From the NCBI GenBank assembly GCA_029245955.1, contig JAQWOH010000043.1:261365-325364 (forward strand): 64,000 bases of DNA, read 5' to 3'. Shown here piece after piece: positions 29,485-38,556 of the stretch (its first letter is position 1; each line of letters opens with the position of its first letter). The notes under the pieces were generated by a model. The model did not search any database. It saw nothing but the letters and a program-made list of their open reading frames with translations, and was not told where the DNA came from. The stretch is from Fuerstiella sp. (GTDB lineage: Bacteria; Planctomycetota; Planctomycetia; Planctomycetales; Planctomycetaceae). The translations under genes were made by a program, and so were the position numbers.

Positions 29485-31038
29485 CTACTGCGGGTTAACT
29501 CCCGGCACAAGTGGCCGGACTTTTCTTCCGACAATCGCCTGGAATGCCACTCTTCGACTGACCTTGTGAGCATCGACTGTTGATGCCTTCAACGCATTCA
29601 ACACAGTATCCGGACTCGACGCCTTTCTGGCGGCGGGTACCGCAACAACGCCACCGATGCAGGGCGCATCCGCTTCGTCAGACGAAACGTCGAAATACTC
29701 CGACAGATCGTCCTGAATTCGTACAGCAATGCGGTGTAGCAGATCGACATTCAAACTGGGCAGGATGACCAGAAATGTTGAATCGTCATATCGCACGACA
29801 TGGTCTGTTGGTCGTACAGCAGCTTTGACCAGGTCAGCTGATCTTTCCGGGGCAGAGCGGACATCCTCCGTGACTGTCGGCAGTTCGATCATCAACAGCC
29901 CCACAGTCTGATTCTGCGTATGCGCCTTGCTCAGCTCAATCGGCAAGGCGCTTTCAAGATATTTTGCGTTGTACACATCCGACTGCTCGTCAAGCCATGC
30001 CTGCCATTCGTTGCGGTCCAGAAACTCGTCTTCGCCAGTGTGTGAACTGTCAGAACCAAGGTTTGCAGGCGGCACCGTTCGCCCAGCGACTGTCTCCAGG
30101 TTTCCGTTCATGGAAATCTGACAAAGCACAGACTGAGCTCTGGCCAGAATCCGCTCCCGAGGCGGTAGCTTTCCGACATCCAGGGAAAAACAACCGGCGA
30201 GTTCCAGCGTTCGAACATCAATTTCTGCCAACACCTGATAGATGTCACACGGAAGAATATTGAATGCCTCGATCAGAAAACGCTCAACATCCGTTCTGGC
30301 AACAGAGAGCCGATCGGTGACAGCATCCATGTATTCTGAGCAACAGGCTGCTGCGGTCAGACCAACCCGAAGGTCAGAGCCATCCATTTCGGAATCAGGA
30401 ACCAGCAAATGATGCGAGGCAATGGCGTCGGCAAGCGAATCCTCAAGGTTCCAGCGACGGCACAATGCAGCACTGACATCAGCATGTGAAAACCCAAAAT
30501 GATCGACCTCGCGCCCGACTCGAGACGAAGAAGAATCGACGTCCAGCACATTGGTGACGTACTGGTCTTCGTATACGCTCAGCATGGCCAGCTGGCCAAT
30601 GTCCTGCAGCAGTCCCCCCAGAAACCAGGTTGGCGCATCTGAAGCCGTATTCTGTTCTCCCATATATTCTGCCGCCGAAGCCTGGAAAAGCGTTTCCTTC
30701 CATAACCGACGATACCACGGTTTCAGTGAAGCAGAAGGGTTCGACTGTTCGGCCAGGGAAAAACCCAGAACCAATGTGCGTACCAACGTCATGCCCAGCA
30801 TCGGAACAGCTGCATCGATCGACGAAGCACGGGTCCGCAGACCAAAAAGTGCGGAATTTGCAAATTTCAGAACTCGCCCAGCAATCGCTGGGTCGGTGCG
30901 GATGGCCGCGATCAGCTCCTGAGTGTCTGGATCCTCCTCCTGAGCGATTTGTATGATACGGACAGCCACTTCCGGCAGACTGGGCACCTGGTCGGAGGCG
31001 AGCAGTTTTTCCAGTGATAATGTCGTTGCGGCGGACAT
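29485..31038 (-). CDS. HDOD domain protein with C-terminal degenerate GGDEF-like domain
   Basis: The N-terminal HDOD segment is LPSLPEVAVRIIQIAQEEDPDTQELIAAIRTDPAIAGRVLKFANSALFG. The C-terminal GGDEF-fold blocks have RYDDSTF (29773..29793) in place of R-x-GGDEF. They also have LLMIELPTV in place of the metal-binding DiDhFK block. Confidence 0.8.
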   Translation of the reverse strand: MSAATTLSLEKLLASDQVPSLPEVAVRIIQIAQEEDPDTQELIAAIRTDPAIAGRVLKFANSALFGLRTRASSIDAAVPMLGMTLVRTLVLGFSLAEQSNPSASLKPWYRRLWKETLFQASAAEYMGEQNTASDAPTWFLGGLLQDIGQLAMLSVYEDQYVTNVLDVDSSSSRVGREVDHFGFSHADVSAALCRRWNLEDSLADAIASHHLLVPDSEMDGSDLRVGLTAAACCSEYMDAVTDRLSVARTDVERFLIEAFNILPCDIYQVLAEIDVRTLELAGCFSLDVGKLPPRERILARAQSVLCQISMNGNLETVAGRTVPPANLGSDSSHTGEDEFLDRNEWQAWLDEQSDVYNAKYLESALPIELSKAHTQNQTVGLLMIELPTVTEDVRSAPERSADLVKAAVRPTDHVVRYDDSTFLVILPSLNVDLLHRIAVRIQDDLSEYFDVSSDEADAPCIGGVVAVPAARKASSPDTVLNALKASTVDAHKVSRRVAFQAIVGRKVRPLVPGVNPQ

Positions 31039-31215
31039 GGCAAGGGCCTTCAGCAGACAGATGAATGGGAAAGAGACGGCAGGAACTACTTCTCTAATCG
31101 CTTTCCCGGCCCCGAAGTTGCCTAGAAATCCAGCTCAACCCGGCCGGGCCGACCAATCCATCTGAACAAACCCATCTGACAGGTGTTTTCGTCACAGTCA
31201 GACCTTCTGAAACGC

Positions 31216-32394
31216 CTAGAAAAACACTTTGGGTGCCCGTAATGTGACGGACAGAGTGATAGAAACCACGCCGGTACGATTGGGCCGCAGAATCGCCAGT
31301 TCGATTACGTCACCTGGTTCGTGAGACTGAACGGCATCATGAAGCTGACTAACACTTGTCAGCCGACCCCCGTTAATGTCCGTAATCAGGTCACCACGTT
31401 GCAGCCCCGCGTCGGCTGCCGCTGAATTTGGGATCACGCCACTGACGATCCGCCCTCGATCCAATAGCTCAGAGGCATAGCCCTGTGCGAGCATTCCCTC
31501 GCGACTGAACACGGAGGCCCCAAGCTTGTCAGGGGTCTGCTTTCCGCTGGCTTCATCCAGCACGCGATTAACCGAGACAACCACCGTGTCCACGGGAACA
31601 GAAAAGCCGATTCCGGCATAACTGCCGGTTGGACTGATAATAGCCGTATTCACACCAATCAGGCGACCGGAACTGTCCAGCAGTGGCCCGCCCGAATTCC
31701 CGGGATTGATGGCGGCATCTGTTTGAATTAACCCGGTCAGATACTGTCCGGAATCGGCACTGTTGACAGTTCGATTCAGCCCTCCAATCACACCAGTCGA
31801 CAGGGTCTGGCTTAAGCCAAACGGATTTCCAATCGCCAGCGCCTTCTGCCCCACCTCCAGGTCGCTTGACGTACCCACAAGAATCGGATGCAGTTCCACA
31901 TCTGATGGAACGACCTTCAGTACAGCAAGATCGTGTTCGAAGACGCCCCCGACCACCTCAGCCTCGACCACGATGTCGTCTGGAAACTGAACTTCCAGTG
32001 TCGTATTTGTCCCGGCCTGCAAAGAGCGTTGAACCACGTGAAAATTAGTGACGATGTAACCGGACGCATCCCACACAATGCCTGATCCGGAGGCAATTTC
32101 GCGTTCCGTGCCGCCCCCGTAAAAGTTGCGTTGAACCCCTTTCGTCTTTACGGATACGACAGACCGCGAAGCTCGGCGAAAGACGTCAATGTCAGCCCCT
32201 TCGTCTGCGCCCAGCTCACCACGAGGAGTCACCGTACGAGGCTTGTAGTTTCCGGACGGAACAGCAGCAGTACGGGAAGTAACTGCCTGATAGACCAGTA
32301 ACGTGGACAACACGACCAGCGCCCCAACGAGCAGCAGATTCGTCGATACCGGTTCGGTAGATTGCGGGCGACTGTGATCTTCCGGGTCCCTCAT
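31216..32394 (-). CDS. htrA: HtrA/DegP-family S1C serine protease with PDZ domain, membrane-anchored
   Basis: An N-terminal TM is present (LLLVGALVVLSTLLVY). The triad blocks are intact: IVTNFHVV, HDLAVLKV and TDAAINPGNSGGPLL. The PDZ segment is AAADAGLQRGDLITDINGGRL. Confidence 0.9.
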   Translation of the reverse strand: MRDPEDHSRPQSTEPVSTNLLLVGALVVLSTLLVYQAVTSRTAAVPSGNYKPRTVTPRGELGADEGADIDVFRRASRSVVSVKTKGVQRNFYGGGTEREIASGSGIVWDASGYIVTNFHVVQRSLQAGTNTTLEVQFPDDIVVEAEVVGGVFEHDLAVLKVVPSDVELHPILVGTSSDLEVGQKALAIGNPFGLSQTLSTGVIGGLNRTVNSADSGQYLTGLIQTDAAINPGNSGGPLLDSSGRLIGVNTAIISPTGSYAGIGFSVPVDTVVVSVNRVLDEASGKQTPDKLGASVFSREGMLAQGYASELLDRGRIVSGVIPNSAAADAGLQRGDLITDINGGRLTSVSQLHDAVQSHEPGDVIELAILRPNRTGVVSITLSVTLRAPKVFF

Positions 32395-32501
32395 GTGTCA
32401 GCTGAGCTTACTTTACGGCCTATGTTGAGTGGAGACAGGATTCGTGACCAACGGTGAATAGCACCGGTTGCCAGCCCGTATGGTGATGAACTTCGCCCTC
32501 A

Positions 32502-33341
32502 TTACACAAGTTCAGAAAGTTTGTCCTGCAGTTCGCCAAATGCAGCTACCACTCGCTTCTTGATTTTCTCTGGCTGCTTGTCGAGTTCTTTCATGACTTT
32601 CGACGTCAGACTCTTGTTCATACGTTCCAGCATCGACACTGTTCGCTTCCAGACTTGGTCCGGAGTCGGGTCGGGGCGTTCCAGCAAAGCAACTTCAGCC
32701 GCCTGCTCACCGGGTGCCGCTGCACCGGCACCACTGCGAAACGGGGTATATTCGCCGGATTCACGAGCCGCTGCAGCCATTGTCTCTGCGTCACCGCCGG
32801 CGTACGCCATCCCTGCACGATCACCTTCTCCCGCAGGAACGAACTCCGCCGGGTCCTGAACGGTACTCAGTGGCATTCCGCTGGTGTCCATCACCAGCGG
32901 TGCGGCCCATTCTGAATATGCCTCTTCAGGTTCTGCAAAAAGATCTTCTCCGTTCTGCGAACGACGCCAGGCTCGCATTTCCGCAACGGTGGCTTCATTT
33001 TCGTCGGCCCAGTTCAGACATTTTGTCGCATCTTCCCAGTTCAGGGCGACATAGAAGAACGACCATTTAAGATTGGCGCACTTTTCGTACGACTTCCCAA
33101 AAGCTTCCCAGACACGACGTCGCTGATAGATCTGATCACCGCTGAGACCAACCATCTGGCCAAAATCACCGTCAGTACGCCCGCGTGCATACTTCTTTGT
33201 CCATTGCGATGCACATTCGCCGACAACCCAATTGCACTGACTCACTGCCTCGCGAGCGACGGTGATCAGATGTTCCTCTGTTTCAGATACCACTTTGGAC
33301 TCCGCGGAATTGTTGTTAATTGATCCAACCATGCTATACAC
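32502..33341 (-). CDS. Hypothetical protein (279 aa): helical N-terminal domain, acidic/Ala-rich linker, helical C-terminus
   Basis: A long ORF with no competing ORF. The N-terminal ~130 aa (CASQWTKKYARGRTDGDFGQMVGLSGDQIYQRRRVWEAFG ... WSFFYVALNWEDA ... ATVAEMRAWRR) loosely resemble HTH-containing phage/plasmid-type domains. I recognise no diagnostic motif. Confidence 0.6.
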   Translation of the reverse strand: MYSMVGSINNNSAESKVVSETEEHLITVAREAVSQCNWVVGECASQWTKKYARGRTDGDFGQMVGLSGDQIYQRRRVWEAFGKSYEKCANLKWSFFYVALNWEDATKCLNWADENEATVAEMRAWRRSQNGEDLFAEPEEAYSEWAAPLVMDTSGMPLSTVQDPAEFVPAGEGDRAGMAYAGGDAETMAAAARESGEYTPFRSGAGAAAPGEQAAEVALLERPDPTPDQVWKRTVSMLERMNKSLTSKVMKELDKQPEKIKKRVVAAFGELQDKLSELV

Positions 33342-33647
33342 AGCAAATCAGGTGATCTACCAAAGTTGGGTTGAACCTCAAAAAACGGCAGGTGTCTGTA
33401 GACACAAAATTCAACAGGCACAGTGATCGACCTCAGAAACGCGAAACACCAGCAACCGCCATCAAGTCTTACGACCGTCGCCTGCAATGTTGATCCGGAG
33501 GCTTTCGCAGTCGAATTCCCTTGTTTTTGACTCCAGCAGGGTAGATGAACTGCCGATATCTGACCTATAATCGATTGTCGCACCCTGATCGGCAATCTTT
33601 GCCACGCTTACCTGAAGTTCGGGTGTCAAATTAAAACAACTACGTAT

Positions 33648-33720
33648 GGCGCGGTAGCCAAGTGGCTAAGGCAATGGATTGCAAATCCATGTACCGCGGG
33701 TTCGAATCCCGCCCGCGCCT
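33648..33720 (+). tRNA. tRNA-Cys (anticodon GCA)
   Basis: The cloverleaf was read directly. The acceptor stem is GGCGCGG/CCGCGCC. The D arm is GCCAAGTGGCTAAGGC. The anticodon stem-loop is TGGAT-TGCAAAT-CCA. The T arm is GCGGG-TTCGAAT-CCCGC. The discriminator is U. CCA is not encoded. Confidence 0.95.
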
Positions 33721-33723
33721 CTT

Positions 33724-33756
33724 AAAACGACCAGTGTTTTTACTGGTCGTTTTTTG
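33724..33756 (+). terminator. Rho-independent terminator after tRNA-Cys
   Basis: AAAACGACCAGT-gttttt-ACTGGTCGTTTT (12 bp including A-U pairs) is followed by a T-run (tttttgtg). Confidence 0.8.
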
Positions 33757-33810
33757 TGCGCGGTGGTCCCACGATGAATCCACCTGAGGCCCTGTCTCAG
33801 CAACAGCCTG

Positions 33811-34287
33811 TCACAGCTTGCGATCGATTTCTCTGAGCACAGTCTTTGTGGGTTCCAGTTGCCGGATCTTTTCCACCGAATCCTTCAATGCCTCCACGTT
33901 GCGTTCAACAAGCGCAAGGTTGGAATCGTTGGGATGCTGCTTAAGCAGCAACTTTGCGACATCGACAGACTTCGTCTGAGTAAAAATAAAACGCAAATCG
34001 TCCTCGCTAAGACTGTCTGCTCCGTTCTTCAGAGCCAGCTTCGCGGCTGCTTCCTGCGCTTTGGGGACGTGCTGAATCAGCTCCTTCAATTCCTCGATGT
34101 TCAGCGACCGTGTCAGCAGCGTCTTGGCAGCAACGGTCGACAACATAGGCACAAATCGAGCCAGATAGATTAATTCCTTGTTGTCAGGCCCTGGTCGACT
34201 TTTTCTTAAACGATCCCACAGATCTCTTGCGACGTCCTTCTTCGGATCGCTTTTCGGGGGAGTGGCTGCTGAGCCGTCTTCAGACAT
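33811..34287 (-). CDS. Hypothetical protein (158 aa), predicted all-helical
   Basis: A clean ORF 170 nt downstream of, and co-directional with, the 1322-aa gene. The composition is lysine/leucine-rich and helical (LIQHVPKAQEAAAKLALKNGADSLSEDDLRFIFTQTKSVDVAKLLLKQHP). No motif recognised. Confidence 0.6.
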   Translation of the reverse strand: MSEDGSAATPPKSDPKKDVARDLWDRLRKSRPGPDNKELIYLARFVPMLSTVAAKTLLTRSLNIEELKELIQHVPKAQEAAAKLALKNGADSLSEDDLRFIFTQTKSVDVAKLLLKQHPNDSNLALVERNVEALKDSVEKIRQLEPTKTVLREIDRKL

Positions 34288-34457
34288 CAGAACACCTTTC
34301 TGGTTTCACAAGCAACCCCGTCCAGATGAGGGCAGGACCGACAGGCCGGATTCGAGTTGCTGCGCGGAAACGACTGCCGTCGCTCGGCTGATCGCAACGC
34401 ACATACGAACACGACAAATCGTTGTTTTCTGGTTAACGTTGTTTTCTCTGCAAGACT

Positions 34458-37400
34458 CTAATCATCGTCGCCGACAAGACGTGACAGTTGTCGATCGATC
34501 TCTTTTTGCGTCACGCGTTGAAATTCCGCGTTGGTCAGTGATTCGGCAATTGTACCGGCTTGTTCTTCGTGGGCGCGGTCAAATTCACGAGCCAGTTCCT
34601 GCATCCAGTCAGGGGGTTCGATGCCCGAACCCAGACGGGATTCCATGAACTCGCCAATCTCCTGACGCAGAATGTTGAAATTTTCAGCAGCCTCTTGTTC
34701 AGAAGCTTCGTTAAGACCGGGGCTGCAACGACCGACTCGAGCCGTCATTCGATTGACCGCCAAAGTCGCCACGATGCGTTCCCGGATATGATCGTGCAGC
34801 GTGGGCAACTGCACTCCGTACTCGGATTCCAGAGAATCCAGTTCTTCAACCAGCGATTCGGCGACCTCACACGTTTTTTCCGCAAGTTCCGTTTCGATAT
34901 CCGCACCAAGATCGGTCGCTCCAAATCGCACGATGGCTTCGTGGGCAATCTGATATGGCACGTTGTTCCAGTTAAAACGCTCGTACAGTGATTCAAGTCG
35001 CAGGAAATCCAGTAGGCAGTACAGGCGATTGCCGTAGTCTGAATGAGTTGTCGTGGTGTTGTATTCGAGGAACCGGTCAAAATTGTCTACGACGGATTCA
35101 TAAACGAATTCCATCATGTCGGTCGCCTCATCCCGATCGATCAGCTCGGCATTGATGTCATCAATGATCTTTACGGACTGGACAATACCCAGATTCTGTT
35201 CCAGTTCGTCCAGCAGAGATTCTGCACCGTGGTGCACGATCGCCCTGGCATTCCCAAGGGTCAGCATCCGCGTGTGGAATAAATCATCGCCGTAGGATTC
35301 GATGAATTCGCGAATCTCCGTGGCTCGGTCTTCATCGTGCAGCTCCTCAACCACGGACAATCTCATGGAACTGCTGTGGGTGGACCACAACTCTCTATAC
35401 GCATCCAGCAGTCGCTGGATGCGTCGATAGACATTGCGACGCTGGCGTGAGGTTTCTGTCTTCCAGCGAGTAGAGGCATGCAGAATAGCTTCAACAGATC
35501 GGGCCAGGCCAATGCGAAACAGTCGGTCAAACTCGGTCACCGCCTGGCCCAGGGGCCTTGAACTGCGTTCCATACGGAAGGCCGTCTGCAGCAGACGAAA
35601 CGTCTCTTCCAGAAGTCCAAGTCTAGGCAACTGACTGAGCAGCAGACGAATCACGGCCTGTAACATTCGCGCCTTCAGTATGCCGGTCGGTTGTCCGCCA
35701 TGCTCAAACGGAACGTACAGCAAAGGGCGGCGTTCCAGTGCCTTGATAAAACGACCGAAGTTCTTGTGGACTGTGGCGGAGTCATGGCTGAGAACCGCGC
35801 GAAGCATTGCCACGAGTTCTTTGTCGAACGCTCGCCCCTGACCCGGCAGGTTTTCGCCGTCCAACAGAACACAGCACAGCATCCGTTCGGCCATCAGGAA
35901 TTCAACGGTCGTTGAGATGGCGTTCTGCATCAGCAGAAAGCGGGACTGCAGCTGAATGTCATACTCGATGTTGGCATCAAGATCCGCCGAATACGTCTGG
36001 ATGTCGTGATCACGTACCTCGCCGACAAGATGGCCCAGTTCCTTCAGAAAATGACGTATCGACACCAGCCAGCCTCGAATGTGCTCCTGCTGCTCGGCAT
36101 CCTGAGGCCCGGCCGTGGCCCGCTGAGACAGGGCCACAGCAGTACTGCCCCACAAAGACCCCAGCGTGTGGAGGAACTTCAGTCGCGGTTCAATCTCACG
36201 GTAGATAATTTCAAACTCGGTCGTCCCGGGCCCATAGCCTTCATCAACCGTATCCCCTTCAACTCCGTCATCCGCACTGTCACGGAAAACCACGTTATCG
36301 TAAGCCGCCTGAAACAGATCAGACTGCTCATCTTCTTCATCAAACAGGTGGTCAAGGTCCAGCCCTGAATCTGCCTGATCCGACTCGTTTCCTGCAGTTG
36401 ACGAATTACGGTGACGGTCGACAAATTCTTTGAGTGACGGGACAACCCAGAAGGTGTCGGCGTTGGCCTCCAGAAAGGCGAACAGTCGCCGAAGCATTTG
36501 CCATTGCTGACTTCGATCAGGATTCGTGTTGACCATGCGCAGCAGGCTGTGCAGCAGGCTGTGCATCGAGTGCTTGCCGGATTCCAGCCCCATCCTGTCG
36601 GCTTCACTGAGCCACTGCATCAGCAGTCCCAGCGCCGCCACTTCGTCATTACGATCAATCAGCGCGTGCACAACCTGAGCAAAGCTGCGAGGAGACTCAA
36701 AGTTGCCAACGTGTTCACGCCAGAACGAAATGTCGCCGGCGGATTCACCTGCCGTTCTCCATTCCGCCAGTGCTCGAGCAACATGCTGCGCGGCCGTCAG
36801 TGATTCGTCACCTCGCACTTCCGGAAGGTCCGAGACTGTGGTGGTGGCGTAAGTATCCCACTCTTCAGCCAGTATCCGGAACTCCTTTTCGACCGCCAGA
36901 TGGATTTCACTCTGACCTGCCGCAGCGGCCTCTGCCATGATCGCTGCGGACGCATCAAACAGCTGCTCAACGACTTCGATCAGCACTTCCACGCGGTTAT
37001 CCGGAATTGCATCCTCACGTGCAATGAACAGTGGAAACATGCCCTGAAAGCCCAGCACATTCCACGGATCGACAATGGCGCCACACTGAATGCCGCGATG
37101 CAGCAGGTCGATGCATTCGGTGAGCAAACCATGCGCCATCGTCAGTGCACCGCCTCTCACCGACCGGTGAATGAGCATCAGACGCGACTGTAATTCCGAT
37201 TCAAACCTGGCAGACACGCATGGTATGACGGCCGCTTCTTCACAGGCCGCCTGTTCAAACCCCAGCGATGCGTAAAATGCCGCCAGATGGCGATGCTGCA
37301 CCTGATTGGCACCGTACTGTGACAGGTACATATTTAACTGATGACGAACATGTCCAAACGGCTGCCTTGATTCCTCAGCGCTCGCAATCAAACGCTGACG

Positions 37401-38426
37401 GCGGCTGCCCGAACTCGTTTCAAGCAACGTCTGATAGAAATGGTCACGCTGACGGGCAACCATCGGCAACAGCGATGTCAATGAGACTGAGGAATCGTAC
37501 GTTTCAGGACCGGAGCCGCTGATCGCCGAAGCCATCAGAATCGTCCCGGCCAGCACGGCCGACGCATCAAACAGGCGTTCCTCTTCCGGAATCTCCGTCG
37601 AAACATCAATCCAGCGCTGAAGAGAATCAAGAATAATGCGGCGAATGACAAATCGTCGATAGAAGCCCTTTGTGTCGATGACTTCAGGATCCCATTCCCC
37701 GAACATGTAGTTCGTGCGTTTATTTACAGGGTGCAGGTGGTCATGAGCTCTAATGTCAAGACTCAGCTCATCCAGTTGCTCCAGACTGAAATGTGCGGGC
37801 GCTGTCATATCTTCCGGCAGTTGCCTGAGGAATTCCAGAGTCGCATCGATCAACTGCTGATACGGACCAGTTGCCGTTCCCACGTCCTGCCAGTACAGCG
37901 GTGTAGGACAAAAACGCTCGTGGTCAAAGACCTGCATCCGCCGGTCATTTTCAAGAACCGCAACAGGGCGATATCCCACATAGCTGTTAAGTTGCCTCAG
38001 GGCGTCCGCCGTGAGCGCAGCCGTATCGTCCCAGCCCACGGTCGTACCGGCTCTGAGCGTCACTTCAAAAACACGAGCAACAAACAGCGGCTGGCAGACA
38101 TCCACCGCTTCCAGATGAAACAACAAGTCCGCGTGATGTTTTCTGTAGGCCGGAAACAACACATCGAAGGTGGTTTCGATCACGCGTGTGGCCTGATCTG
38201 TCTGCTGAAACGCAGATTCTCCGGACTCTGCCAGGTTTTGCAGTTCGCCCAGCAGGTGATCTCGAACCTCGGACAACTGGACGCCAAAATCACAGACCTG
38301 AAACAGCTCATTCAGGCACACGCGAAACCGAGCCCCGGGGGTACCGTCTGAGAAGTTCAGGTATCCCAGCAGATCGCGATAGCATTGTCTCCGAGATTCG
38401 GCTGCAGCTGCATCAGGAACGGACAT
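34458..38426 (-). CDS. Large hypothetical protein (1322 aa), soluble, acidic, apparently alpha-helical; no recognisable domain
   Basis: An uninterrupted 3.97-kb ORF. All overlapping ORFs are short and low-complexity. I saw no hydrophobic TM stretch, no P-loop, no HExxH and no signal peptide when reading the translation. Confidence 0.8.
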   Translation of the reverse strand: MSVPDAAAAESRRQCYRDLLGYLNFSDGTPGARFRVCLNELFQVCDFGVQLSEVRDHLLGELQNLAESGESAFQQTDQATRVIETTFDVLFPAYRKHHADLLFHLEAVDVCQPLFVARVFEVTLRAGTTVGWDDTAALTADALRQLNSYVGYRPVAVLENDRRMQVFDHERFCPTPLYWQDVGTATGPYQQLIDATLEFLRQLPEDMTAPAHFSLEQLDELSLDIRAHDHLHPVNKRTNYMFGEWDPEVIDTKGFYRRFVIRRIILDSLQRWIDVSTEIPEEERLFDASAVLAGTILMASAISGSGPETYDSSVSLTSLLPMVARQRDHFYQTLLETSSGSRRQRLIASAEESRQPFGHVRHQLNMYLSQYGANQVQHRHLAAFYASLGFEQAACEEAAVIPCVSARFESELQSRLMLIHRSVRGGALTMAHGLLTECIDLLHRGIQCGAIVDPWNVLGFQGMFPLFIAREDAIPDNRVEVLIEVVEQLFDASAAIMAEAAAAGQSEIHLAVEKEFRILAEEWDTYATTTVSDLPEVRGDESLTAAQHVARALAEWRTAGESAGDISFWREHVGNFESPRSFAQVVHALIDRNDEVAALGLLMQWLSEADRMGLESGKHSMHSLLHSLLRMVNTNPDRSQQWQMLRRLFAFLEANADTFWVVPSLKEFVDRHRNSSTAGNESDQADSGLDLDHLFDEEDEQSDLFQAAYDNVVFRDSADDGVEGDTVDEGYGPGTTEFEIIYREIEPRLKFLHTLGSLWGSTAVALSQRATAGPQDAEQQEHIRGWLVSIRHFLKELGHLVGEVRDHDIQTYSADLDANIEYDIQLQSRFLLMQNAISTTVEFLMAERMLCCVLLDGENLPGQGRAFDKELVAMLRAVLSHDSATVHKNFGRFIKALERRPLLYVPFEHGGQPTGILKARMLQAVIRLLLSQLPRLGLLEETFRLLQTAFRMERSSRPLGQAVTEFDRLFRIGLARSVEAILHASTRWKTETSRQRRNVYRRIQRLLDAYRELWSTHSSSMRLSVVEELHDEDRATEIREFIESYGDDLFHTRMLTLGNARAIVHHGAESLLDELEQNLGIVQSVKIIDDINAELIDRDEATDMMEFVYESVVDNFDRFLEYNTTTTHSDYGNRLYCLLDFLRLESLYERFNWNNVPYQIAHEAIVRFGATDLGADIETELAEKTCEVAESLVEELDSLESEYGVQLPTLHDHIRERIVATLAVNRMTARVGRCSPGLNEASEQEAAENFNILRQEIGEFMESRLGSGIEPPDWMQELAREFDRAHEEQAGTIAESLTNAEFQRVTQKEIDRQLSRLVGDDD

Positions 38427-38556
38427 TCGTGGAACTCGCGGTATCTGAAAACGGGGTGCCTTATGGCAACACGATCGTTGGTTGAATTGTCGCTGGAAAC
38501 AGAGTCAGGGGAAGCTTTGATTCATCAGGACGTCGATTCCACTCCGGAATCACACA

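Noticed and set aside
33600-33800. Integrated mobile element at tRNA-Cys
   Set aside because: I saw no integrase or recombinase in the flanks and no repeat of the tRNA 3' end nearby.
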